A DNA stretch of 64,000 bases from Clostridia bacterium. GTDB taxonomy: Bacteria > Bacillota > Clostridia > Christensenellales > Aristaeellaceae. The notes below the pieces were generated by a model. It was not told where the DNA came from. It did no database searches and saw only the letters and a list, made by a program, of their open reading frames with translations. Position numbers and translations under genes: made by a program. Below are positions 26,228-35,320 of this stretch, piece by piece. The stretch covers positions 3,878-67,877 of the forward strand of contig JAFRFY010000111.1 in assembly GCA_017434085.1 (NCBI GenBank), read 5' to 3'. Position 1 is the stretch's first letter; the number at the start of each line of letters is the position of its first letter.

Positions 26228-26701
26228 ATGCGCAGAAAAGCCCTGCTGATAAACTGCATCACCCGACGGCTGGCGATGGGATTGGTGCTCGTCACGCTGC
26301 TGTTCACCGGCCCGACCCAGGGGGAGCGCATGGTGATGACGGCGCTTGAGCACCTGGGGGAGCCCTACGTGTTCAACACCGCGGGGCCGGACCGGTTCGA
26401 CTGCTCGGGCCTGGTGCTGTTCGCCGCGGCGCGGGAGGGCCTGCCGCCGCTGCCCCACGCGGCCAAGGAGCTGTACCACCTGGGGCGTCCGGTGGCGATG
26501 CACGCGCTGCTGCCGGGGGACATGCTGTGCTTCGACACCGTGCGCGACTCGGACCCCAGCGACCACGTGGGCTTCTACATGGGCGGGAACATGTTCGTGC
26601 ACGCCTCGTCCTCCAAGCATCAGGTGGTGGTCAGCGCACTGGAGGGCTTCTACCTTGAAAAATGCACCGGGGCGCGGCGGTTGGGATGCGCTTATATATG
26701 A
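26228..26701 (+). CDS. NlpC/P60 (C40) family cell-wall peptidase
   Basis: 157 aa with a signal/anchor sequence. Catalytic motif FDCSGLV and His motif DHVGFYMG...FVHAS. Confidence 0.85.
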   Translation: MRRKALLINCITRRLAMGLVLVTLLFTGPTQGERMVMTALEHLGEPYVFNTAGPDRFDCSGLVLFAAAREGLPPLPHAAKELYHLGRPVAMHALLPGDMLCFDTVRDSDPSDHVGFYMGGNMFVHASSSKHQVVVSALEGFYLEKCTGARRLGCAYI

Positions 26702-26834
26702 GAATTGGGAATTGGGAATTGGGAATGAGGAATTAGGAATTAGGAATTGAGTTACCGGTTGTCGCGCGACAAAACCGTAGGGACGCCATGCTTCCGGCAT
26801 TCTATAATTCCTCACTCCTCACTCCTCATTCCTA
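26702..26834. repeat. Inverted arrays of 7-nt GAATTRG units flanking a ~55-nt core
   Basis: 26702-26750 holds seven heptamers (GAATTGG x3, GAATGAG, GAATTAG x2, GAATTGA). 26806-26834 holds reverse-oriented heptamers (ATTCCTC, ACTCCTC x2, ATTCCTA). The core contains GGTTGTCGCGCGACAAAACC and CCGTAGGGACGCCATG. Confidence 0.8.
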
Positions 26835-26868
26835 ATTAATGACTGAACAGTGACGAGGGATAATAAAT

Positions 26869-27969
26869 ATGGAAAAGGATATCATTGCCCTGCTCGCCTC
26901 CATCGCCCCCGCCGATCGGGGGGCCATGGACGCCGCGCGCGCGCGGCAGGACAGCCTGGCGAAGCCGCCGCACAGCCTGGGCAAGCTGGAGGACATCAGC
27001 GTGAAGCTGGCGGGAATCACCGGGCAGGTGTTCAACCGCGTCGGGAAGCGGCGGGTGATCATATTCGCGTCGGACAACGGCATCGCCCACGAGGGCGTGG
27101 CCAGCGCGCCGCAGAGCGTGACCCTGGCCCAGACCATCAACTTCACCCGGGGACTGACCGGCGTGGCGGTGCTGGCGAAGCACTTCGGCGCGGAGCTGGA
27201 CGTGGTGGACGTGGGCATCGACGCCGATTTCGTACAGCCCGGCGTGTGCGACCGCAAGCTGGCCCACGGCACGAGGAACTTCGCCCGGGAGCCCGCCATG
27301 ACGCGGGAGGATTGCGTGCGGGCCATGCGGGTGGGCGCGGAGCGCGCGGGTCTGGCGAAGCGGCAGGGCATGGACGTCGTCGGCATCGGGGAGATGGGCA
27401 TCGGCAACACCTCCACCTCCTCGGCGGTGCTGAGCGTCCTGTTGAACCTGCCCGCGGCGGACACCGTGAGCCGGGGGGCCGGCATCAACGACGACGCCTA
27501 CCTGCGCAAGGTGCGGCTGATCGACGAGGCCATCGCCCGCTACGCGCCCGACCCCGCGGACCCCGTCGACGTGATCGCCAAGGTGGGGGGCTTCGACATC
27601 GCGGCCATGTGCGGCGCGTTCCTGGGCGCGGCGGCGCAGCGCCTGCCGGTGGTGATCGACGGCTTCATCTCCGCCGTGGCGGCGCTGTGCGCGTACAGGC
27701 TCTGCCCGGCGGCCGCGGCGTATATGTTCCCCTCCCACGCCAGCCGGGAGAAGGGCTACATGCTGGCCATGGACGCCATGGGGCTTCAACCCATGCTCAA
27801 CCTCGACATGCGGCTGGGGGAGGGCAGCGGTTGCCCCATCGCCTTTGAGGTCATGGCGGCGGCCGAGAGCGTCATACGCAACATGGCCACCTTTGAGGAG
27901 GCCGCCATCAACGACGACTATCTGGCCGAGATCCGCCCGAACAAGCGGTATCAGGGGGAGGCGGAATGA
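26869..27969 (+). CDS. cobT: Nicotinate-nucleotide--dimethylbenzimidazole phosphoribosyltransferase
   Basis: 366 aa. Motifs LAKPPHSLGKLE, GEMGIGNTS and DGFISA. Confidence 0.9.
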   Translation: MEKDIIALLASIAPADRGAMDAARARQDSLAKPPHSLGKLEDISVKLAGITGQVFNRVGKRRVIIFASDNGIAHEGVASAPQSVTLAQTINFTRGLTGVAVLAKHFGAELDVVDVGIDADFVQPGVCDRKLAHGTRNFAREPAMTREDCVRAMRVGAERAGLAKRQGMDVVGIGEMGIGNTSTSSAVLSVLLNLPAADTVSRGAGINDDAYLRKVRLIDEAIARYAPDPADPVDVIAKVGGFDIAAMCGAFLGAAAQRLPVVIDGFISAVAALCAYRLCPAAAAYMFPSHASREKGYMLAMDAMGLQPMLNLDMRLGEGSGCPIAFEVMAAAESVIRNMATFEEAAINDDYLAEIRPNKRYQGEAE

Positions 27970-28006
27970 CGGCCTCCCGCGCCCGTCGCCAGGAGGAACG
28001 CGAGCT

Positions 28007-28540
28007 ATGAGCACTTTCATCTCCGGGGGCTGCAAGAACGGCAAGTCCTTCTATGCCCAGCGCATCGCCAAGGCGGCGGGAACGCCGCTTTACTACATCG
28101 CCACAATGATCCCCCGGGACCGTGAGGACAACGCCCGGATCGCCCGGCACCGGGAAGAGCGCGCGGGCTGGGGCTTTGAGACGCTGGAGTGCGGCGCGGA
28201 CATACTCACCTGCCTGGACAAGGCCGACCCCGCCGGGGCCTTCCTGCTGGACAGCGTGACCGCGCTTTTATCCAACGAGATGTTCACAGAATCCGGCATG
28301 AACCCCGGCGCGCCGGAGAAGATCGCCCGGGAGCTTGTGGCATTCGTGCGCCGCGCGCCCGGGACGGTGCTGGTGTCGGACTACATCTACTCCGACGCCA
28401 ACCTGTACGACGAGTGGACCGAGGCCTATCGCCGGGGGCTGGCGCGCGTCGACCGGGCGCTGGCCGCCGCCTGCGACAACGTGCTGGAGGTCGTGCACGG
28501 ACAGGTGATCGTTCACAAGGGGGTTCTGCCATGCGTCTGA
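28007..28540 (+). CDS. cobU: Adenosylcobinamide kinase / adenosylcobinamide-phosphate guanylyltransferase
   Basis: ATG 28007 follows AGGAGGA. P-loop SGGCKNGKS, motif IARHREER (His region), C-terminus VLVSDYIYSD. Confidence 0.85.
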   Translation: MSTFISGGCKNGKSFYAQRIAKAAGTPLYYIATMIPRDREDNARIARHREERAGWGFETLECGADILTCLDKADPAGAFLLDSVTALLSNEMFTESGMNPGAPEKIARELVAFVRRAPGTVLVSDYIYSDANLYDEWTEAYRRGLARVDRALAAACDNVLEVVHGQVIVHKGVLPCV

Positions 28541-29265
28541 TCCGCGCGTTTTTCATGGCCCTGGGGATGTTCACGGCGATCCCCTGCCCCTGGCGGCCCT
28601 GGGACGAGGACGCCCGGGACTGGATGCTGGCCGCGCTGCCCGCGGTGGGGCTGGTGATCGGGCTATTGTGGGCGGGGCTTGCGTGGCTTTCCCAGCGGCT
28701 GCTGCCCGGCGTCGCCGCGGCGCTGACGGTCGCGCTGCCCTGGCTGCTGACGGGGTTCATCCACCTGGACGGCTACATGGACACCTGCGACGCCATGCTG
28801 TCCTGGCGGCCGCTGGAGAAGCGGCTGGAGATATTGAAGGACAGCCACACCGGGGCCTACGCCGTGGTGGGGATGATCGTGCTCGCGCTGTTCAGCTATG
28901 ACGCCGCCCGGCACGGCCTTCACGACCTGCGGGCGCTGATCTTCGTGCCCGTCATCTCCCGCTGCGGCTCGGCGCTTTCGGTGCTGACGCTTAAACCCAT
29001 CGGCCACAGCCAGTACGCCGGCATGGCGGGGCGTATGCCCCAGAGGATGGCGGTGGTCGGCATGTGGCTTTTAGGCGTGATCATTTGCGCGCTGTGGCTG
29101 GGACGCCCTGCCCTGGCGCTGCTCGCCGAAACCGCCGCCTACGCCCTGGCCATGGCCTGGGTCTACCGCACGCTCAAGGGCGTGTCCGGCGACGTTGCCG
29201 GCTTCGCGCTGACGGTCTCGGAGTGCGTTGCGCTGATCGCGCTGACATTGATTCCCAATTCCTAA
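28531..29265 (+). CDS. cobS: Adenosylcobinamide-GDP ribazoletransferase (cobalamin synthase)
   Basis: ATG 28531 overlaps the cobU stop. Polytopic membrane protein: MRLIRAFFMALGMFTAIP ... HLDGYMDTCDA. The last four codons and the stop lie inside a heptamer repeat. Confidence 0.85.
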   Translation: MRLIRAFFMALGMFTAIPCPWRPWDEDARDWMLAALPAVGLVIGLLWAGLAWLSQRLLPGVAAALTVALPWLLTGFIHLDGYMDTCDAMLSWRPLEKRLEILKDSHTGAYAVVGMIVLALFSYDAARHGLHDLRALIFVPVISRCGSALSVLTLKPIGHSQYAGMAGRMPQRMAVVGMWLLGVIICALWLGRPALALLAETAAYALAMAWVYRTLKGVSGDVAGFALTVSECVALIALTLIPNS

Positions 29266-29285
29266 TTCCCAATTCCCCATTCCTA
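29251..29285. repeat. Heptamer array (ATTCCYA x5), same family as 26702-26834
   Basis: ATTCCCA ATTCCTA ATTCCCA ATTCCCC ATTCCTA. It supplies the IPNS-stop end of cobS. Confidence 0.8.
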
Positions 29286-29349
29286 ATTTTATACGCGGTA
29301 CTGGACATATCCCTCCCGAAATGTTAAAATAAGGTGAGGGAGTGATGTT

Positions 29350-30057
29350 ATGAACGAGCAGCTCAGGCAATGGGTCAGTGAATCGAAGCGCATCGTGTTT
29401 TTCGGCGGCGCGGGGGTGTCCACGGAGAGCGGCATTCCGGACTTCCGCTCGCAGGACGGCCTGTACAACATGAAGTACAAGTACCCCCCGGAGACCATCA
29501 TCAGCCGTCCCTTCTTCATGCGCAATCCCGAGGAATTTTACCGCTTCTACCGCGACAAGATGATCTACCCTGACGCCCAGCCCAACGCGGCGCACAAAAA
29601 GCTCGCCCAGTGGGAGGAAGAGGGCAAGCTTTTAGCGGTGGTCACGCAGAACATCGACGGGCTCCACCAGGCGGCGGGGTCGAAGAAGGTCTACGAGCTT
29701 CACGGCAGCGTGCTGCGCAACTACTGCATGCGCTGCGGCAAGTTCTACGGGCTGGACGCCGTCATGAGCGCCGACGGCGTGCCCAAGTGCGAATGCGGCG
29801 GCACCATCAAGCCGGACGTGGTGCTCTACGGCGAGAACCTGGACAACGACGTCATCAACGGCGCCTGCGCCGCCATCAGCCAGGCGGATATGCTCATCAT
29901 CGGCGGCACGTCGCTCAACGTCTACCCGGCGGCGGGCCTGGTGGACCTGTACCGGGGCAACCGGCTGGTGCTGGTGAACCTGTCCGCCACGCCCCAGGAC
30001 AGCCGCGCCGACCTGGTGATCCACGAAAAGATCGGCAAGGTCTTTTCCGAGCTGTGA
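29350..30057 (+). CDS. cobB: NAD-dependent protein deacylase (Sir2 family)
   Basis: 235 aa. Motifs GAGVSTESGIPDFRS, QNIDGLH, and Zn ribbon CMRCGK...CECGG. Confidence 0.9.
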   Translation: MNEQLRQWVSESKRIVFFGGAGVSTESGIPDFRSQDGLYNMKYKYPPETIISRPFFMRNPEEFYRFYRDKMIYPDAQPNAAHKKLAQWEEEGKLLAVVTQNIDGLHQAAGSKKVYELHGSVLRNYCMRCGKFYGLDAVMSADGVPKCECGGTIKPDVVLYGENLDNDVINGACAAISQADMLIIGGTSLNVYPAAGLVDLYRGNRLVLVNLSATPQDSRADLVIHEKIGKVFSEL

Positions 30058-30542
30058 GCGGGCGCATCGTCGCCTTCCCCCCGGTGGCGCGGCAGGATGC
30101 CCGCATACTGATACTGGGCTCCATGCCCAGCGTGGCGTCGCTTAAAGCCGGGTTCTACTACGGCCACCCGCGCAACGCCTTCTGGCGCATACTCTCCGAG
30201 GTGTTCGGGGCGCCGCTGCCCGAGAGCGTCGAGGAGAAGCGGACGCTCATACTGGACCACCGTCTGGCGCTGTGGGACAGCCTCACCGCCTGCGAGCGGG
30301 AGGGCTCGCTGGACAGCGCCATACGCCAGCCGGAGCTCAACGACTTCGGCAGGCTGTTCGCGGAATGCCCCGGCATCGAGAGAATACTGTTCAACGGCGG
30401 CACGGCCCACCGGCTGTTCGCCCGGACCGGCAAGGCCTATCTGGAGGGACTGGACTGGCGGGTGATGCCCTCCACCAGCCCCGCCTACACACTATCCTAT
30501 GAAAGGAAGCTGGCGCAGTGGCGCCAGGCATTGAAGCTATGA
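30054..30542 (+). CDS. DNA-deoxyinosine (hypoxanthine) glycosylase, UDG superfamily
   Basis: The GTG 30054 start overlaps the sirtuin stop (GTGA). Motifs ILILGSMPSVASL, YYGHPRNAFW, and the C-terminal MPSTSPA. Confidence 0.75.
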   Translation: MSGRIVAFPPVARQDARILILGSMPSVASLKAGFYYGHPRNAFWRILSEVFGAPLPESVEEKRTLILDHRLALWDSLTACEREGSLDSAIRQPELNDFGRLFAECPGIERILFNGGTAHRLFARTGKAYLEGLDWRVMPSTSPAYTLSYERKLAQWRQALKL

Positions 30543-31849
30543 ATATGAATCCCTGTGATATCATCCGCAAGAAGCGGTTCGGCGGCAGGCTGACCGGAGA
30601 GGAGATCCGCGCCTTCGTGCAGGGCGTGGTGGACGGCGGCTTTGCCGATTATCAGACCTCGGCGCTGTTGATGGCCATCTGCATCAACGGCATGGACGAC
30701 CAGGAGACCTACGACCTCACCATGGCCATGGCCCACTCCGGCGACACGCTGGACCTCGGGGACATCGTGGGTGTGAAGGCCGACAAGCATTCCACCGGCG
30801 GCGTGGGCGACACCACGTCCCTGATCCTCGTGCCCCTGGTGGCCTGCTGCGGCGTGAAGATGGCCAAGATGTCCGGCCGCGGGCTGGGCTTCACCGGCGG
30901 CACGCTGGACAAGCTGGAATCCATCCCCGGGCTGTCCATCGACCGGGACATCGACGCCTTCAAGGACCAGGTCAACCGCGTGGGCTGCGCCATCATCGGC
31001 CAGACCGCCGAGCTGGCCCCCGCCGACAAGGTGCTCTACGCCCTGCGGGATGTGACCGCCACGGTGGACTGCCTGCCGCTGGTGGTGTCCTCGATACTCT
31101 CCAAGAAGCTGGCCGCGGGCTGCGACGTGGTGGTGCTGGATGTCAAGGCCGGCTCCGGGGCCATCATGGACACCGAGGAGAAGTCCCGGCAGCTGGCCGA
31201 GACCATGGTGCGCATCGGCAACATGAGCGGCAAGAAGTTCTCCGCGCTGATCACCGACATGGACCAGCCCCTGGGCAACTACATCGGCAACGCGCTGGAG
31301 GTCGAGGAGGCTATCGACGTGCTGGCCGGGCGCGTGCAGGGCGAGCTGAAGACCGTGTCGCTGACCCTGGGGGCGCACATCTTGAGAAACGCGGGCGTGG
31401 TGAAGGACGTCCCCGAGGGCATCGCCATGCTGGATGAGAAGATCAAGAGCGGCGCGGGCCTCAAAAAGCTCTCCGAGATGATCGAGGCCCAGGGCGGCGA
31501 TCCGAGGGTGGCCTTCGACACGTCGCTGCTGCCCAAGGCGAAGTACCTCGTGGACGTGGTGGCCGACCGGGACGGCTACGTGACCGGCATGACCACCAGC
31601 GACATCGGCAACGCCGCCCGGCTGCTGGGCGCGGGCAGGCTGCACAAGACCGACGTGCTGGACCTGTCCGTGGGATTGGTGATGAAGGTGCGCGTGGGCG
31701 ATCAGGTGAAGAAGGGCGACGCGCTGTGCACGCTGCACGCCGGGGACGGCTCCGACCAGGCGGGGGCCGCCGCGCTGATCAGGCAGTCCATACGGATCGG
31801 TGACGAGAAGCCGGACGCCCGGCCGTTGATTCGCGGCGTCGTAGAGTAA
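30539..31849 (+). CDS. pdp: Pyrimidine-nucleoside (thymidine) phosphorylase
   Basis: ATG 30539 in an ATGA overlap. Motifs DKHSTGGVGD, SGRGLGFTGGTLDKLE, and the C-terminal PYNP_C-type domain. Confidence 0.9.
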   Translation: MNMNPCDIIRKKRFGGRLTGEEIRAFVQGVVDGGFADYQTSALLMAICINGMDDQETYDLTMAMAHSGDTLDLGDIVGVKADKHSTGGVGDTTSLILVPLVACCGVKMAKMSGRGLGFTGGTLDKLESIPGLSIDRDIDAFKDQVNRVGCAIIGQTAELAPADKVLYALRDVTATVDCLPLVVSSILSKKLAAGCDVVVLDVKAGSGAIMDTEEKSRQLAETMVRIGNMSGKKFSALITDMDQPLGNYIGNALEVEEAIDVLAGRVQGELKTVSLTLGAHILRNAGVVKDVPEGIAMLDEKIKSGAGLKKLSEMIEAQGGDPRVAFDTSLLPKAKYLVDVVADRDGYVTGMTTSDIGNAARLLGAGRLHKTDVLDLSVGLVMKVRVGDQVKKGDALCTLHAGDGSDQAGAAALIRQSIRIGDEKPDARPLIRGVVE

Positions 31850-32734
31850 ATGAGCAAAAGCAAGCGTATTATACAGGATGTGCCGCCGAAACCCCGGCGG
31901 CACTTGCTGCAAAATGACCTTTTCGCGCTCCTGGCGGCGGTGGCGGGGTACTTTGCGGTGACCGTCGCCGTCCGGCTGGGGCTGGGGAGGCTGCTGGGGG
32001 CGCTGTTTGAGGCGTGGAACCTGCGCCCCGACACCGTCGCCCGGGCTCCCGGATGGGCGCGGGCGCTGTACGGCTGGCAGGGCAGCGTTGTGACGCTGGT
32101 CGTGGACATCGCCGCGGTGCTGTACGCCGCGGGGGTCTGCAAGGCGCGGCTGCCCCGCCCGGACGTCAGGAAATGCGTCCCCCTCTGGGCGGCGGGCACC
32201 GCGCTGGCGCTTTTGTCCGCGGCGCTGTTTCTCGTGACGGACAGCCTGCGGCTTTTGTGGCCGCTGAGCCGTCCCCATATCACCCCCGGGCTTTTGCCGC
32301 TGTGGGCGCTGACGCTACTGACCGCGCTGGCGGAGGAGCTGTTCACCAAGGGCGTGGTGTACGACCGGGTTAAGCGCCGGTGGGGGAGGATATGGGCCGT
32401 CATGGCTTCGACGCTGCTGTTCTTCCTGATCAACGGAGGCTATTCGGGCACCTGGATATCCGCCGTGAACGTCGCCCTCATGGGGGTGTTCTGCGCCCTG
32501 TGCCACGACCGCCTCGGCCTGTGGGCCCCGGTGGGCTTTCGCTGGGGCTGGGCTTTCGCCGATGTGTTCCTGCTGGGGCAGGGCGGCGGCGATAACGCGG
32601 TGTATAAGCTCTACGGCGTGTCCGAGGCGCTGCTCACCGGCGGCGACGCCGGGCTGGTGTACGGGCTGTGGGTGACCGCGGCGCTGGCGCTGCTTACAGG
32701 CATTGCCGTTCGCAACAGACATCAATACGAGTAA
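31850..32734 (+). CDS. CPBP family intramembrane glutamic endopeptidase
   Basis: 294 aa, polytopic. EE-x3-[RK]-type motif LAEELFTKGVVY, with downstream FxxxH-like helices. Confidence 0.75.
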   Translation: MSKSKRIIQDVPPKPRRHLLQNDLFALLAAVAGYFAVTVAVRLGLGRLLGALFEAWNLRPDTVARAPGWARALYGWQGSVVTLVVDIAAVLYAAGVCKARLPRPDVRKCVPLWAAGTALALLSAALFLVTDSLRLLWPLSRPHITPGLLPLWALTLLTALAEELFTKGVVYDRVKRRWGRIWAVMASTLLFFLINGGYSGTWISAVNVALMGVFCALCHDRLGLWAPVGFRWGWAFADVFLLGQGGGDNAVYKLYGVSEALLTGGDAGLVYGLWVTAALALLTGIAVRNRHQYE

Positions 32735-32751
32735 CTACATCGAGGAAGGAA

Positions 32752-33646
32752 GATGGGAATGAAGTGTTTTCGCATCTTTGCGGCATTTGCCCTGATCGTT
32801 GCGCTGATGTCCGGCGTGTGAGCGGCGTGCGCCATGGCGGAGGGCGACAGCGCGCGGCAGTACGCCGAGGCCGCGGCCCTTTTGCAGGCGGGGAATTACG
32901 CCGGAGCGGCCCAGGCCTATTCGATGCTGGGCAACTATGGGGATTCCAGCCGCATGGCCATGTATTGTCAGGCCATCGCCGCGGGCGAGCGCGGCTATTA
33001 CAGCCTGGCGGTGTCCAACCTGAAAAAGCTGGGCGACTTCCGGGATGCCGCGCTCCAGTCGAACTACTACGCGGCCCTGTCCTATGAGGTGGCGGAGGAA
33101 TAAGAAAAGGCCCAGAAGCTGTTCGCGGGCATGGAGTATTTCATGGACGTGGCGGAGCGCCTGGCGACCTATCCCGGGAAGATACTGGCCCGGGACTATG
33201 CCGCGGCGGACGCGGCGGAGCGGGCCGGCGATTACGCCGCGGCCTACGAGGGCTTCAAGGCCCTGGGCGACTACGAGGATAGCGCCCGGAAGGCCTACGC
33301 GCTCAGCATCACGGAATTTGCCGAGGTCAGCGGTCGCGGGAAGGGGCTGGCGGCGTTCAAGCTGCACGACGCCTGGGGCGTGATCGACATCGCCAACAAC
33401 GACGTGGCGTCGCCCCGATGGGATGATATCGGCGATTTCAACAGCCTGGGCCTGGCGGTAGTGAGGCTCGATGATCGTTACGGCTACATCAACACCCGGG
33501 GCGAGGTCGTCGTGCCCTGCGAGTACGCGAGCGTGAGTGATTACAGCGGAAAGCGCTGTACGATTGCGACGAAAAGCGGCTGGGACTATCGGTTCGGCAT
33601 CGCGGACGAGGCCGGCAATACTGTAGGAGCGACCCGGCGCCTACGG
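32752..33646 (+). pseudogene. Decayed lipoprotein gene with LGDYxDS repeats and WG (KWG-type) repeats
   Basis: A signal peptide ORF (MGMKCFRIFAAFALIVALMSGV) stops at 32818-20. A 1-nt shift would give LMSGC plus the 32834 frame. There is an in-frame TAA at 33101-03 (AEE-stop-EKAQKLFAGMEYF). WG repeats (WGVIDIANNDV, YGYINTRGEVVV, GWDYRFGIADEAGN) are lost after a REP-like hairpin at 33622-33646. Confidence 0.55.
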
Positions 33647-33776
33647 TATTATTCTCCCTTCAATTGCCGTGAACGTGGATGCGTCCGTCGTCGGCAGCGA
33701 AGCGGCGGGCACGGCGGCCTGTGTGGATTTAGGTACGCTGACGATTTCCGAGTCCACCATGCCGTTACATTATACA

Positions 33777-33822
33777 GAAAAAAAGCGGAGTTGTTCTGTT
33801 TGAACTCCTCCGCTTCTTTTAT
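33777..33822. terminator. Bidirectional terminator (downstream of gnd and of the decayed lipoprotein gene)
   Basis: AAAAAAAGCGGAGTT...AACTCCTCCGCTTCTTTT; the stem is flanked by an A-run and a T-run. Confidence 0.6.
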
Positions 33823-33867
33823 TGTTTGATGATGATTGTCAGTGCAACAGCCCCGTCTTCCTGGCAG

Positions 33868-35316
33868 TTACCGATTATACGTCTGCGCGGTGGTATCTCC
33901 GCCCTCGCCGGTCCAATTGGTGTGGAAGAACTGGCCGCGGGGACGGTCCACGCGCTCATAGGTGTGGGCCCCGAAGTAGTCGCGCTGGGCCTGCAGCAGG
34001 TTTGCGGGCAGGCGCTCGCAGCGGTAGCCGTCGTAATAGGACAGCGCCGAGGTGAACGCCGGCGCGGGCACGCCGTTCAGCACAGCCGCCGCGCAGGTGC
34101 GCCGCCAGCCCGGCTGGGCCTTTTCCAGCGCGTCGCGGAAGAAGCCGTCCAGCATCAGGTTCACAAGGCCCGGGTCGCGGTCGAAGGCCTCCTTGATGCG
34201 GCCCAGGAAGCGGGAGCGTATGATGCAGCCGCCGCGCCACATCAGCGCGATGCCGCCGTAATTCAGGTTCCAATGATAGGTCCCGGCCGCCTGGCGCATC
34301 AGCTGGTAGCCCTGGGCGTAGGACACGATCTTCGAGGCGTAGAGCGCCCGGCGGATGTCCTCCGCCGCGGCGTCCCGGTCGCCTTCAAATTTCGGCGCGA
34401 CGCCGCACAGCACCTTTGAGGCCGCCACGCGCTCCTCCTTGATCGCGGACAGGCAGCGGGAGAACACGCTCTCACCGATCAGCGTCAGCGGTATGCCCTC
34501 GTCCAGCGCCTCGATGGCGGTCCACTTGCCGGTGCCCTTCTGGCCGGCGGCGTCCAGTATCTTCTCGACGATGGGACTTCCGTCCTCATCCTTATAGGCC
34601 AGTATATCCCGGGTGATCTCGATCAGGTAGCTGTCCAGCTCGCCCTGGTTCCACTCGGCGAACAGGGACTGTATCTCCGATGCCGTCATGCCCAGCCAGT
34701 CCTTCATCAGCTGGTAGGCCTCGCAGATGAGCTGCTTGTCGCCGTACTCAATGCCGTTGTGGACCATCTTCACGAAGTGGCCCGCGCCGCCCTCGCCGAC
34801 CCAGTCGCAGCAGGGCGCGCCGTCCACGTGGGCGCAGATGGACTGGAAGATCGGCGCGACGTGCGGCCACGCGGCGGGAGAACCGCCGGGCATCATGCTG
34901 GGCCCCTTCAGCGCGCCCTCCTCGCCGCCGGACACGCCGGTGCCCACGTACAGAAGGCCCTTGCCCTCCACATAGGCGCAGCGGCGGATGGTGTCGGGAT
35001 AGTGGGCGTTGCCGCCGTCTATGATGATGTCCCCCTCATCCAGATGCGGTAGCAGCTGCTCGATCAAATCGTCCACGGGCTTGCCCGCCTTGACCATCAT
35101 CATCACCTTGCGGGGCTTCTCAAGGCTGTCGCACAGCTCCCGTATGGAAGCGCAGCCGATGATGTTCTTTCCCTTCGCGCGCCCTTCCGTAAAGCGCGTG
35201 ACCTTCTCCACCGTGCGGTTGTACACGGCCACGGTGAAGCCCTTGCTCTCCATGTTCATGACCAGGTTCTCGCCCATCACGGCCAGCCCGATCAAGCCGA
35301 TGTTTGCCTTCTTCAT
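33868..35316 (-). CDS. gnd: 6-phosphogluconate dehydrogenase (decarboxylating)
   Basis: 482 aa. Motifs GLIGLAVMGENL, GTGVSGGEEGA, and IIRSRFL...NLLQAQRDYFGAHTYER. Confidence 0.92.
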   Translation of the reverse strand: MKKANIGLIGLAVMGENLVMNMESKGFTVAVYNRTVEKVTRFTEGRAKGKNIIGCASIRELCDSLEKPRKVMMMVKAGKPVDDLIEQLLPHLDEGDIIIDGGNAHYPDTIRRCAYVEGKGLLYVGTGVSGGEEGALKGPSMMPGGSPAAWPHVAPIFQSICAHVDGAPCCDWVGEGGAGHFVKMVHNGIEYGDKQLICEAYQLMKDWLGMTASEIQSLFAEWNQGELDSYLIEITRDILAYKDEDGSPIVEKILDAAGQKGTGKWTAIEALDEGIPLTLIGESVFSRCLSAIKEERVAASKVLCGVAPKFEGDRDAAAEDIRRALYASKIVSYAQGYQLMRQAAGTYHWNLNYGGIALMWRGGCIIRSRFLGRIKEAFDRDPGLVNLMLDGFFRDALEKAQPGWRRTCAAAVLNGVPAPAFTSALSYYDGYRCERLPANLLQAQRDYFGAHTYERVDRPRGQFFHTNWTGEGGDTTAQTYNR

Positions 35317-35320
35317 GCGC

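Noticed and set aside
26702-26834. Possible CRISPR array (short tandem repeats)
   Set aside because: The unit length is 7 nt with no spacers, the two arrays are inverted relative to each other, and no cas genes are present. This is not a CRISPR array.
26751-26868. Cobalamin riboswitch upstream of cobT (also considered upstream of the cobO cluster, 24050-24164)
   Set aside because: The regions are too short (about 115 nt), and I could not find a B12-box-like GCCACTG/AGYCMGGAGACC core. The structure here is explained by the heptamer/REP repeats.
30497-32278. 593-aa minus-strand ORF opposite pdp and the CPBP protease. The same applies to 271-1335, 4129-5604, 8887-10113, 17177-18454, 25223-26815, 26836-28044, 38120-39964, 48174-49445, 55162-56325, 57606-58967, 59683-61257, 61659-63011 and 62956-63897.
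   Set aside because: All are antisense to genes with strong family motifs, lack RBSs and have low-complexity Arg/Gly/His/Pro-rich translations. They are artefacts of GC3-biased coding on the other strand.
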